53,442 nt of DNA from Candidatus Falkowbacteria bacterium CG1_02_37_21 (GTDB lineage Bacteria > Patescibacteriota > Patescibacteriia > Patescibacteriales > UBA12465), in contig MNUT01000017.1 in assembly GCA_001871165.1 (NCBI GenBank), forward strand, positions 1 to 53,442, in the 5' to 3' direction. Below, piece by piece: positions 9,708-18,434 of the stretch (its first letter is position 1; every line of letters begins with the position of its first letter). A model generated the notes under the pieces. It had not been told where the DNA came from, did no database searches, and was given only the letters and a program-made list of their open reading frames with translations. Made by a program: the position numbers and the translations under genes.

Positions 9708-10706
9708 TTATTTATCTTTATTAACGTCTTTTTGAGAGCGACCATCTACTTCGTAGCTGGTATTTTGTGTTTCAAAAAAATTAACTAATTCTAAAGCATC
9801 AGTCGCTGCCGCCATCCATTTCGCCGGGTTAGTGACCTTAAAATGCGGCTCAAAGCCTAATTCTTCCAAACGTCGATCAGCTATATATTGGACATATTGA
9901 TTGACGTAGTCGGCGTTAAGCCCCAAAATACCGCGCGGAAACATATCTTTATTATAGGCATTTTCCAAATTAACACCATCAATAATAATTTTTTGAATTT
10001 CCTCATTGAATTCCTGAGTGACTATATCGGGATTTTCTTCTAAAATAGTGAGAATTAAATTAATACCAAATTTAAGATGCAAACTTTCGTCACGTAGCAC
10101 CCAATCAATCATAGAACCAAAATTTCGTAGTTGACGTCTTTGCCTAAAACTGAGAGCAACCATAAAGCCACTATAAAACCAAATACCCTCCATGACTATG
10201 TTGTAGGCAATTAGGTTGCGCACAAAATCACGCTTACCATTCGCGGTAGTGATATCTAAATTATTTTCTGTCATGCGTGTCAGATATTTGGTGATAAAAT
10301 CTTCCTTAGCTTTAATAGAGGGAGTATTGAGATGCTGTTGGAAAATAGTCTTTCTATCTACCGGAAAAGTCTCTAAAACATATTCAAAGGCTAAACAATG
10401 ATTAGCCTCTTCCCACATTTGTTTGGCTAGATATAAATGAGTTTCTGGAGCTTTAATATAGGGATAAACACCTAAAGCTAAAGTTCTGTTTACAATCAAT
10501 TCAGAAGGGTTAAAAAAGCTCATTAAAAAACTTACGGCGTGACGTTCATCTTCTGTCATTTTTTTCCAGTCTTCTAAGTCTTCGCCTAAGGCGATTTCAT
10601 GCGGAAACCAGGTATTGGCTACGGCTTGGTTGTATAAATCATAGGCCCATTGGTATTTAATGGGTCGTAAGTTCATGTCCTCGTTTAATGGTTTTCCTAA
10701 TATCAT
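9708..10706 (-). CDS. nrdB: Ribonucleotide reductase beta subunit, class Ic (R2c) signature
   Basis: Ligands E69, E100, H103, E173, E207, H210; Phe107 at the radical-Tyr position; C-terminal NFFETQNTSY; adjacent to nrdA. Confidence 0.92.
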   Translation of the reverse strand: MILGKPLNEDMNLRPIKYQWAYDLYNQAVANTWFPHEIALGEDLEDWKKMTEDERHAVSFLMSFFNPSELIVNRTLALGVYPYIKAPETHLYLAKQMWEEANHCLAFEYVLETFPVDRKTIFQQHLNTPSIKAKEDFITKYLTRMTENNLDITTANGKRDFVRNLIAYNIVMEGIWFYSGFMVALSFRQRRQLRNFGSMIDWVLRDESLHLKFGINLILTILEENPDIVTQEFNEEIQKIIIDGVNLENAYNKDMFPRGILGLNADYVNQYVQYIADRRLEELGFEPHFKVTNPAKWMAAATDALELVNFFETQNTSYEVDGRSQKDVNKDK

Positions 10707-10804
10707 ATATTTATTATTGATTATCTTATTAAGATTAAAATAATATTTTAGTGCTCCTGATTTTTCTGCGGAAAAAAGTCGCTCTAAAATATTATTTTAA
10801 TTTA

Positions 10805-13240
10805 CTACTGACAACTATCACACATTAATCTTTCTTGCGGATCAGTAGGGCAGGCTTGTCTTGTTTGGTCAGCTAAAATTGCACCAAAACCTTTTTTTCC
10901 GACATTGGTTGATTTATTAACTTTCACTGTACTTTGTTCGGCGGAATGACGCGGTTTCATATGTAAGTAATAAGTTGTCTTTAATCCTTTTTCCCAGGCG
11001 TCCAAATAAATTTTCATTATTTCTTCGGTATCGCGTGTCGCTAAGTACATGTTACGACTAATGGCTTGATCGACCCATTTTTGGGCACGAGCGGCCACTT
11101 CCACAAAACCGTTGGCTTCAACCGAGAAAGAATCTTTGTATATTTTTTTTATTTCTTCGGGAATGCCTTCAATATTAGTTAAATCACCTTGAGCGACTAA
11201 AATTTCTTCTCTTTTAGCTTCCCAAATTCCTAGTTCCTTTAATTTTTTAACTAGATTAAAATTTAATTCTAGATATTTTCCTGATAAAGTATTGCGACTA
11301 AATATTTGCGCAAAACGGGGATCAATACCAGTAGAAGTACCGGCGATTAAACCGATATTAGCCGTTGGTGCAATAGCTAGTAAAGTAGCATTACGCATTC
11401 CTTTCTTTACTTTTGCGCGCAGAGAATCCCAGTCGTGATGTAATTCAGAGCGAGCAACATTTAATTTTTGTCCACGATTTTTTTCTAAAATATCTAAAGT
11501 ATCATAAGGCACATAGCCCTTAGACCAACCAGAACCGGCAAAATTATCGTAACTACCTTTTTCGGCAGCTAAATCTGCGCTTTCACTAATGGCGTGATAA
11601 CTGATGAATTCCATTATTTGATCAGTCATAGCATAAGCTTCTTCACTATCATAGGCCATATTTAAGTTCTCAAACATATCAGCTAAACCCATGACGCCCA
11701 TACCGATAGCACGATTATGATGATCGGAGTTGCCAGCCTCTTCAATTGGTGGCTGGTTAATATCCACTAAGTTGTCTAGTTGTCTAATACCGGTGTGGAC
11801 GCTATCTTCTAAGCGTTCCCAGTCAATCTCTTTTTTGTCGGTTAAATGACGGGCTAAATTAATAGACATTAAATTACAGACCGCGACGTTATCTTTATTG
11901 GCCGGTAGAGTAATTTCCGTGCAAAGATTAGAACTATTAATCGTACCGGTATTATTATTTAGAGCCCGAACATTAGTGGCGTCTTTCCAGGTTAACCAAG
12001 GATGAGAAGTGCTTTGCAGGGACACTATAATATTATTGAATTGTTCGTTGGCGGGAATTTTTTTAAAGATGCGCATTTTACCGGCTTCAGCTAGAGCTAC
12101 ATATTCATTGTATCTTTTGCTAAATTCTTCGCCGTATAAATCTATTAAATCGGGAGTATCTTGGGGGTCAAACAGATACCACCATTTTTTATTTTTGACA
12201 CGTTTCATAAATTCGTCCGACATCCAGACAGCGGTATTAGCGGTGCGAGCGCGACGATAATCGTCGCCGGCATTTTGTTTTAAATCTAGAAAGTCCTGAA
12301 AATCAAGATGCCAGTTTTCCATATAGAAACATAGTGCACCCATTTTTTTGCCGGCTCGGGAAATAGCTCTAATGGTTGAGTCAATAATATGTAAAAAGGG
12401 AATCGGTCCGGAAGAAAAAGTATTATTAGTACTAATAGGAGAGCCATTAGCGCGCAGTTTAGTGACGGCTAAGCCAATTCCCCCCGTCGCCTTAGATAGC
12501 TTCATAACATCAGAGACGGTTTTACCAATATGACCGATATTATCTTCCATGTCCATTAGGAAGCAATTACTAAGTCGAGGGGAGACTGTACCGGCATTGA
12601 TATTAGTGGAACCACCGGCGATATATTCTAGGGATGACATTTTATTATAAAACTGCTGAGCTACTTCGGTTGGATTCTTTTCTTTAAAAGCCATACCCAT
12701 GGCGACGCGCATCCAAAAATATTGTGGTATTTCTCGTAATTTTTGGTCGGCACCTTTACTTAAATAACGATTACGCATAGTCGCTAGCCCGGTGTAGGTT
12801 AGCAGGGAATCTCGATTAAGATTAATTGTGTCAGCCAGTTTTTCTAAATCAAAAACTTTTAAGTCGGGGGAGAGAATGCCTTCTTTCTGACAACGATCAA
12901 AATAAAGCATAAAACCGTCACGATGTTTTTTCTTTAAGTCGTTATTATTATTAAAATCTCCTAAAACTTCTTTGTAGAGAGTTTTTAAGAGTAAGCGAGC
13001 GGCGATAATATCAAAATCTGGGTCGTCTTTAATATTTTGTACAGCAGCATTTATCACGGCATTATCTAATTCAGTGGTGGTGATGCCGTCGTAGAGGGTT
13101 AATTCAGTTTCGGTAGCGATTTGAGTTATTTTTGAGGACTGATCATCCAGACCTTCACAGGCGCTGGCAATAGCTTTGTTAATTTTATCGGCATCAAAGT
13201 TTTCTTTAGTGCCGTCTATTTTTTTTATATATAAAGACAT
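10805..13240 (-). CDS. nrdA: Ribonucleotide reductase class I alpha subunit with N-terminal ATP cone
   Basis: LSNCF, SSNLCTEI, IAPTA, LKTTYYL, C-terminal CDSCQ. Confidence 0.96.
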   Translation of the reverse strand: MSLYIKKIDGTKENFDADKINKAIASACEGLDDQSSKITQIATETELTLYDGITTTELDNAVINAAVQNIKDDPDFDIIAARLLLKTLYKEVLGDFNNNNDLKKKHRDGFMLYFDRCQKEGILSPDLKVFDLEKLADTINLNRDSLLTYTGLATMRNRYLSKGADQKLREIPQYFWMRVAMGMAFKEKNPTEVAQQFYNKMSSLEYIAGGSTNINAGTVSPRLSNCFLMDMEDNIGHIGKTVSDVMKLSKATGGIGLAVTKLRANGSPISTNNTFSSGPIPFLHIIDSTIRAISRAGKKMGALCFYMENWHLDFQDFLDLKQNAGDDYRRARTANTAVWMSDEFMKRVKNKKWWYLFDPQDTPDLIDLYGEEFSKRYNEYVALAEAGKMRIFKKIPANEQFNNIIVSLQSTSHPWLTWKDATNVRALNNNTGTINSSNLCTEITLPANKDNVAVCNLMSINLARHLTDKKEIDWERLEDSVHTGIRQLDNLVDINQPPIEEAGNSDHHNRAIGMGVMGLADMFENLNMAYDSEEAYAMTDQIMEFISYHAISESADLAAEKGSYDNFAGSGWSKGYVPYDTLDILEKNRGQKLNVARSELHHDWDSLRAKVKKGMRNATLLAIAPTANIGLIAGTSTGIDPRFAQIFSRNTLSGKYLELNFNLVKKLKELGIWEAKREEILVAQGDLTNIEGIPEEIKKIYKDSFSVEANGFVEVAARAQKWVDQAISRNMYLATRDTEEIMKIYLDAWEKGLKTTYYLHMKPRHSAEQSTVKVNKSTNVGKKGFGAILADQTRQACPTDPQERLMCDSCQ

Positions 13241-13277
13241 AATTAGTTAAGAAACAATCGGGATGAAACAACCCGTA

Positions 13278-13335
13278 TTTCTATATATAGTGTTTAAAGT
13301 AAATTTATTATACCATATACGGTATATTGCGACAA
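13278..13335 (-). promoter_or_regulatory. nrdA promoter with tandem NrdR boxes
   Basis: Box tttCTATATATAGtgt (13278-93) and box ataCCATATACGGtat (13310-25), 32 bp apart; minus-strand promoter TTGTCG-17-TATAAT with extended TG (13335-13307). Confidence 0.8.
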
Positions 13336-13431
13336 GCCCCGTAGCCATAGGGTTTTCTGGACATCACTAGCGTTATTTATTTTATTGTAGTAACATAATT
13401 AAGAAGAACTTAATTAATTTATTTTTAAGGT

Positions 13432-14571
13432 ATGTCAGATATTTATCAAGATTCCGTGGCTTTACATAAAAAGCATGGCGGTAAATTGGAAATAAAGAGC
13501 AAGGTATCTCTAGCTAATCGCGCCGATTTGTCTTTGGCCTATACTCCCGGCGTGGCGGAAGTTTGTCGAGTTATTGCTAAAGATAAATCACAAACCCGAT
13601 CATTAACTATTAAAGGGAATACAGTGGCCGTTATTACTGACGGTAGTGCCATTTTAGGTTTAGGTAATCTTGGCCCGGAAGCGGCTTTGCCGGTAATGGA
13701 AGGGAAATGTATTTTATTTAAAGAGTTCGCCGGTGTGGACGCTTTTCCTATTTGTTTAGACACTCAAGATGAAGAAGAAATTATTAAAGCGGTTAAACAA
13801 TTAGCGCCAGTTTTTGGTGGTATTAATTTGGAAGATATTTCTGCGCCGCGTTGCTTTAAAATTGAAGAGCGCTTACGAGCGGAATTAGATATTCCGGTTA
13901 TGCATGATGATCAACATGGTACAGCGACCGTAGTTTTAGCGGCTTTGATTAATGCTCTGAAAGTTAGAGGCTCTCAAAAAGAAGAAGTTAAAATTATTAT
14001 TAGTGGTGCTGGTGCGGCTGGCGTTGCCGTTACTAAATTATTATTAAGTTATGGTTTTGTAAGTGTGATTGTCTGTGATAGTGTGGGAATTATTTATGAG
14101 GGTCGTGAAGGTTTAAATCCGGTTAAGCAAGAATTAGCGATCATTACCAATAAACAGAAATTAAGCGGAGATTTAGCGGTAGCTTTACAGGGTGCAGATA
14201 TTTTTATCGGTGTGAGTGCGCCAAATATTGTAAGTCCAGAAATGATAAAAACTATGAATGATAGGCCGATGATTTTTGCTTTATCTAATCCTGTGCCGGA
14301 AATTATGCCTGATCTAGCTAAAGAGGCCGGTGCTTTTATTGTGGCGAGTGGACGCAGTGATTTTCCAAATCAAATTAATAATGTTTTAATTTTCCCGGGA
14401 GTCTTTCGCGGCGCTTTAGATAGGGAAGTAAAACAAATTACCGATGGGATGTTAATTAGAGCGGCGGAAAATTTAGCGGCCTTAGTCCTGGAGCCGACAG
14501 TTGATATGATTTTACCCAATCCTTTAAATAGGGATGTGGCACCGGCAGTAGCGAAAGCAATTTATGAATAA
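13432..14571 (+). CDS. NAD(P)-dependent malic enzyme
   Basis: LSLAYTPGVA, PVMEGK, INLEDISAP, HDDQHGTA, GAGAAG, GRSDFPNQINN. Confidence 0.95.
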   Translation: MSDIYQDSVALHKKHGGKLEIKSKVSLANRADLSLAYTPGVAEVCRVIAKDKSQTRSLTIKGNTVAVITDGSAILGLGNLGPEAALPVMEGKCILFKEFAGVDAFPICLDTQDEEEIIKAVKQLAPVFGGINLEDISAPRCFKIEERLRAELDIPVMHDDQHGTATVVLAALINALKVRGSQKEEVKIIISGAGAAGVAVTKLLLSYGFVSVIVCDSVGIIYEGREGLNPVKQELAIITNKQKLSGDLAVALQGADIFIGVSAPNIVSPEMIKTMNDRPMIFALSNPVPEIMPDLAKEAGAFIVASGRSDFPNQINNVLIFPGVFRGALDREVKQITDGMLIRAAENLAALVLEPTVDMILPNPLNRDVAPAVAKAIYE

Positions 14572-14585
14572 TTAAAGGACAAGGA

Positions 14586-14612
14586 AAAAGGCATCATAAA
14601 AATGATGCCTTT
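14586..14612. terminator. Bidirectional terminator
   Basis: AAAGGCATCAT-AAAA-ATGATGCCTTT between convergent genes. Confidence 0.75.
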
Positions 14613-14616
14613 AAAT

Positions 14617-14775
14617 TTATTGGGGCAGATTGATTTGAGTTAACAAATCTTTAATCAAAGATAAAATCTTAATTAAAATTTCGTTAGCTAAAGCAACTGC
14701 TTCTTGAGGAACAGCCGACTTCATTATTAGAATTATAACGATAATCGCTATAAATCCGCTTAACCCTTTAAACAT
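14617..14775 (-). CDS. Small hypothetical membrane protein (about 52 aa)
   Basis: MFKGLSGFIAIIVIILIMK..., one hydrophobic helix, followed by a terminator; alternative TTG start at 14799. Confidence 0.55.
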   Translation of the reverse strand: MFKGLSGFIAIIVIILIMKSAVPQEAVALANEILIKILSLIKDLLTQINLPQ

Positions 14776-14944
14776 ATGTTTAAAGTAATTATTGCTCAAG
14801 GGACTAATCTTGAGCTTCTAGTTATTATTAATAACTGGAGCGTTTTGAGGTCGGTTATTCCATTTGTAAAGAACATTATAATATAACAAATTTTGAAAAT
14901 ATCGTCAAGGGTTTAAATCTGGTATTATAATATTATATTTAATG

Positions 14945-15010
14945 GTTTTTACAGTCGTTTTTTACAGTCGTTTTTTATCGCTTGACTTCTTTTTATTTAT
15001 ATGATATAGT
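14945..15010 (+). promoter_or_regulatory. csp promoter preceded by a 13-bp tandem repeat
   Basis: (TTTTTACAGTCGT)x2, then TTGACT (14982-87), 17 bp, TATAGT (15005-10) with TG extension. Confidence 0.7.
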
Positions 15011-15103
15011 TATTCTCGTGCAAAGAGTGATTAAAAAAGCAAGTCGACTTTAACTTAGTCATAAAAAATTTGCCGTCTTATAAACTAAGTTTTCAATAAT
15101 ACC

Positions 15104-15301
15104 ATGACCGGTACTATCAAAACTTTAACTGACAGAGGTTTCGGCTTCATTGCCGTTGAAGGTCAGGAAAAGGACTTATTTTTCCACAGCAAGGCTTTGG
15201 TTGATGTCCAATTCAACGAACTTCGCGAAGGCGATGCCGTTACCTTTGACATGGAGGAATCTCCGAAGGGACCTAACGCGGTTAATGTTAAACGCGCTTA
15301 A
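15104..15301 (+). CDS. csp: Cold-shock protein (CspA family)
   Basis: RGFGFI (RNP1), DLFFH (RNP2), KGPNAVNV. Confidence 0.95.
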   Translation: MTGTIKTLTDRGFGFIAVEGQEKDLFFHSKALVDVQFNELREGDAVTFDMEESPKGPNAVNVKRA

Positions 15302-15319
15302 TACCTTTCAAAGTTGAAG

Positions 15320-15350
15320 AACACCCACCTCACGGTGGGTGTTTTGTTTT
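15320..15350 (+). terminator. Intrinsic terminator of csp
   Basis: AACACCCACC-TCAC-GGTGGGTGTT-TTGTTTT. Confidence 0.85.
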
Positions 15351-15435
15351 CCCCAAATTTTGTCAATTAGTCGTTCGTGATAATTTTTGTTATAATAGGC
15401 GTATTAATAATTATAATTAACCTAACTATAAATTT

Positions 15436-16026
15436 ATGTTTACTTTAATGTCTTTGCCTTTTGATCAGACTGCCTTGGAACCTCATATTTCTTCTAGAAC
15501 TATAGAGTTTCATTATGGCAAGCATCATCAGGCTTATGTGGATAATCTTAATAAGTTAGTAGCTGGCACTGAATTAGAAACCGAAACCTTAGAAAATATT
15601 ATTACGAAAACGGCAGGGAAGCCGGAGCAGGCCGCCATTTTTAATAACGCCGCTCAGACATTTAATCATAATATTTTTTGGTCTTGCTTGAAGCCGACAG
15701 TAACACCAATGACCCCGTCAGCGGAAGTCTTAGAAATGATTAATACTTCTTTTGGTTCTCTGGATGAGTTTTTCGTTGAATTGAAAAAAGTTGCTCTCAA
15801 ACAATTTGGTAGTGGTTGGGCTTGGTTGGTAACAGACGGTAGTAAGTTGCAGGTTATGAAAACCGCTAATGGCGACAATCCCTTAACTCATAACTTAAAA
15901 CCACTTTTTGCCTTAGATATTTGGGAACATTCTTATTATTTGGATTATCAAAATAAACGCGCTGATTTTGTGGATGCTGTATTAGCTAATCTCATTAATT
16001 GGGATTATATTCATCAGAATCTATAA
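15436..16026 (+). CDS. sodB: Superoxide dismutase, Fe-type signature
   Basis: [15 protein letters not shown] (Fe-type AAQ), [16 protein letters not shown]; lacks the Mn-type GGG and NQD. Confidence 0.92.
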   Translation: MFTLMSLPFDQTALEPHISSRTIEFHYGKHHQAYVDNLNKLVAGTELETETLENIITKTAGKPEQAAIFNNAAQTFNHNIFWSCLKPTVTPMTPSAEVLEMINTSFGSLDEFFVELKKVALKQFGSGWAWLVTDGSKLQVMKTANGDNPLTHNLKPLFALDIWEHSYYLDYQNKRADFVDAVLANLINWDYIHQNL

Positions 16027-16034
16027 AGTTATTT

Positions 16035-16706
16035 ATGTATAAAAATCCTTACGTCAAACTTAAACCAGTGACTCAAAAACCGTATACGGAAATTTATTTG
16101 GTTCGTCATTGTCATCCTGATTACCGTTTGGAAAAAAAATTAGGCGAGTATAATATGCCGCTCTCCAAAACGGGTGAACAGCAACGAAAATATTTAACTA
16201 AAAAATTACTCAAGATGGACATTGACTCCGTGTATGCTAGTGGTTTATGTCGAGCTCAGGAAACAGCAGCGGAATTTATAGCAAAAACCAAAAAGACTTT
16301 AATAATAGATGAACGTTTGGATGAAATCAATTGGAAATATTGGCATCGTATCAAATATTTTAACATGTCAGAGGAAGCGCGGGAAAAAAGACTTGTTAGT
16401 TATAAACAATTGGATAAGCGTTTAGATCGTATACAGACAGAGGCAAGGTGCGCTTTATCTGATTTATTTCGTACTAATCGCGGTAAAAAAATTCTAGTTT
16501 TTTCTCATGGTAATTTTATTAAAGCAGCAATTACCAGCATACTTAACGCCGATGTCATTGGCTTCTTGTCTTTAGAAATTTTTCAGTCTTCCATTAGTCA
16601 ATTAGTTATTGATCGCTCTGGATATATTAAAGTTACCAGGATTAATGATGTCAGTCATTTGCCTCATCAGCCGGAAGAGGACTTGTTTCTTTCTATGATC
16701 GATTAG
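16035..16706 (+). CDS. Histidine phosphatase (phosphoglycerate mutase-like) family protein
   Basis: LVRHC (RHG variant), RAQETA, LDEI, FSHG, NDVSHL; ATG at 16035 avoids overlap with sod. Confidence 0.85.
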   Translation: MYKNPYVKLKPVTQKPYTEIYLVRHCHPDYRLEKKLGEYNMPLSKTGEQQRKYLTKKLLKMDIDSVYASGLCRAQETAAEFIAKTKKTLIIDERLDEINWKYWHRIKYFNMSEEAREKRLVSYKQLDKRLDRIQTEARCALSDLFRTNRGKKILVFSHGNFIKAAITSILNADVIGFLSLEIFQSSISQLVIDRSGYIKVTRINDVSHLPHQPEEDLFLSMID

Positions 16707-16719
16707 ACGTATTTTTTTT

Positions 16720-18195
16720 ATGTCTTTATATTTTAAAAAAACCATTAAGCTCTTGTTCCTCGGTATCTTATTGCTTGGTTTTGGTTTTTTTTGGCAATCT
16801 CTAATGAGGCCGGTAACGGCTAATACTAATTTAAATGGTCGCATTCTTTTGCAAGTGGAGGATAAGGGGCAGGCTTGGTATGTTAATCCACTTGATAGCC
16901 AGCGTTATTATCTTGGTCGTCCCGATGATGCTTTTCAGATTATGCGTTCTTTGGGTTTAGGGGTTAGTAATTCTGATATTACTGCTTTTCAGACTAAAGC
17001 ACCTTTACGTTTATCCGGTCGAATTTTATTACAGGTTCAGGATAAGGGTCAAGCTTACTATGTTAGTCCCCTAGATCTTAAATTATATTATCTAGGGCGA
17101 CCGGCCGATGCTTTTAATTTGATGCGTGAAAAAGGTCTTGGTATTACCAATAGTGATTTATCTAAGATAGTTATTTTTGCTCCTGTTGATACTGCTGTTT
17201 CTCCGGGACACTTTAGTTTAAAATATCAAAATAATAGTTACGAAATTACTCAAGATTTATCTCCCATTTGGTATCAGACTTATCAAAATTTATCGAAAGT
17301 TTACAGTTATTCCGCTGCTTTGAGCGCGACCGGTGCGCGGGAAGCTTTTTATGGCATGTTTTTAGATGTTCAGCCGGGAGACAATACTTTAGATAATTTG
17401 GTCATAAAATTAAAAACAGTAGCGCTTAATAATAATTGGACGGAAGATCAATTAGCTGAGTTTGCCATGGCTCTAGTTCAATATATTCCTTATGATCATG
17501 CCAAGTTAGCCCAGGATAATGACCGTAACAATAATCCTTACTATCCTTACGAAACTTTATATTTGAATCGAGGAGTTTGCTCGGACAAGACATTCTTAGC
17601 GGTTGACTTGCTAAGAGCGCTAGGTTATGGAGCGGCTATTTTAGATTTTCCCGAGGAGAATCATAGTGCGGCCGGTATTGCTTGTCCGGTGGCCGATTCT
17701 CTAAATGGTTCCGGTTATTGTTATGTGGAAACGACTAATTATTTTCCTTTAGGGGCTCTTCCACAGAGTATCAGCGCTGGTCAAGCCGATATGGTTAATG
17801 GTGATTTTACGTCTTTATTTAATACATCTTCTCTGGGGAGGGTAGAAATGTATCAGCTAAGCGTCGGTAAGATTTACCAAGGGATAAGTGCTAATCGTCA
17901 GCAGGCGCAGAATTTACAGGACTTAAAAGCTACTTTAAGTGCGCAAGAAACAGAGGTTAATTCTTCGGAAATTAATATGAAACAGGAAGAAAGTAATTTA
18001 AAGACCCTGAAGGATCAATTAGATTCCTATTATAATAGTGGTCAGATTACCCAATATAATAACTTAGTGCCATCTTACAATATGGCCGTTAATCAGTATA
18101 ATGCCAATCTAGTTATTTATAAGGAAAAAATTGCCAGTTATAACGTTTTAGTGGCGGAATTTAATCAGGCTTTAACAATGTTTTATCAGAAGTAA
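16720..18195 (+). CDS. Exported protein: two GRILLQVE-type repeats, transglutaminase-like domain, coiled coil
   Basis: N-terminal TM/signal; repeats start at 16831 and 17011; GVCSDK...NHSAAG...YVETT Cys-His-acid triad; heptad-rich C-terminus. Confidence 0.75.
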   Translation: MSLYFKKTIKLLFLGILLLGFGFFWQSLMRPVTANTNLNGRILLQVEDKGQAWYVNPLDSQRYYLGRPDDAFQIMRSLGLGVSNSDITAFQTKAPLRLSGRILLQVQDKGQAYYVSPLDLKLYYLGRPADAFNLMREKGLGITNSDLSKIVIFAPVDTAVSPGHFSLKYQNNSYEITQDLSPIWYQTYQNLSKVYSYSAALSATGAREAFYGMFLDVQPGDNTLDNLVIKLKTVALNNNWTEDQLAEFAMALVQYIPYDHAKLAQDNDRNNNPYYPYETLYLNRGVCSDKTFLAVDLLRALGYGAAILDFPEENHSAAGIACPVADSLNGSGYCYVETTNYFPLGALPQSISAGQADMVNGDFTSLFNTSSLGRVEMYQLSVGKIYQGISANRQQAQNLQDLKATLSAQETEVNSSEINMKQEESNLKTLKDQLDSYYNSGQITQYNNLVPSYNMAVNQYNANLVIYKEKIASYNVLVAEFNQALTMFYQK

Positions 18196-18203
18196 ATTAG
18201 TTT

Positions 18204-18279
18204 AAAATGCTAAGGGTCGTTGTTAGGGTCAAAATGTTAGGGCCAAAATGTTGACAACTTCCCATATTTACTATATATT
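18204..18279 (+). promoter_or_regulatory. rpsB promoter with 14-bp tandem repeats abutting the -35
   Basis: TGTTAGGGTCAAAA, TGTTAGGGCCAAAA, then TG and TTGACA (18251-56), 17 bp, TATATT (18274-79). Confidence 0.7.
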
Positions 18280-18337
18280 TAAATAAAGATTCGTCCTTAA
18301 ATGGATATCTTTTTTAATAGAATTTAATTAATTATCA

Positions 18338-18421
18338 TGCTTCCATTGGTCTGTAATGACCATTATTTTCTTCCTTCGCCTAAAGCGGAGGCATGGAGGC
18401 AGATGTAATGAGCTATGGCTC
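18338..18421 (+). ncRNA. Structured rpsB 5' leader (candidate S2 autoregulatory element)
   Basis: Closing stem TGCTTCCAT/ATGGAGGCA encloses hairpins TGGTC/GACCA and CCTTCGC/GCGGAGG; then a GAGC/GCTC hairpin before the ATG at 18435. Confidence 0.55.
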
Positions 18422-18434
18422 TAAAAAGAAAAAT

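Noticed and set aside
15423..15432. Half-site of the Rrf2 operator (TAACTATAA) upstream of sod
   Set aside because: A single AT-rich half-site without a correctly spaced partner is expected by chance.
18204..18250. Short tandem repeats read as a CRISPR array or telomere-like TTAGGG
   Set aside because: There are no spacers, only 2-3 units and no cas genes; the hexamer match is coincidental.
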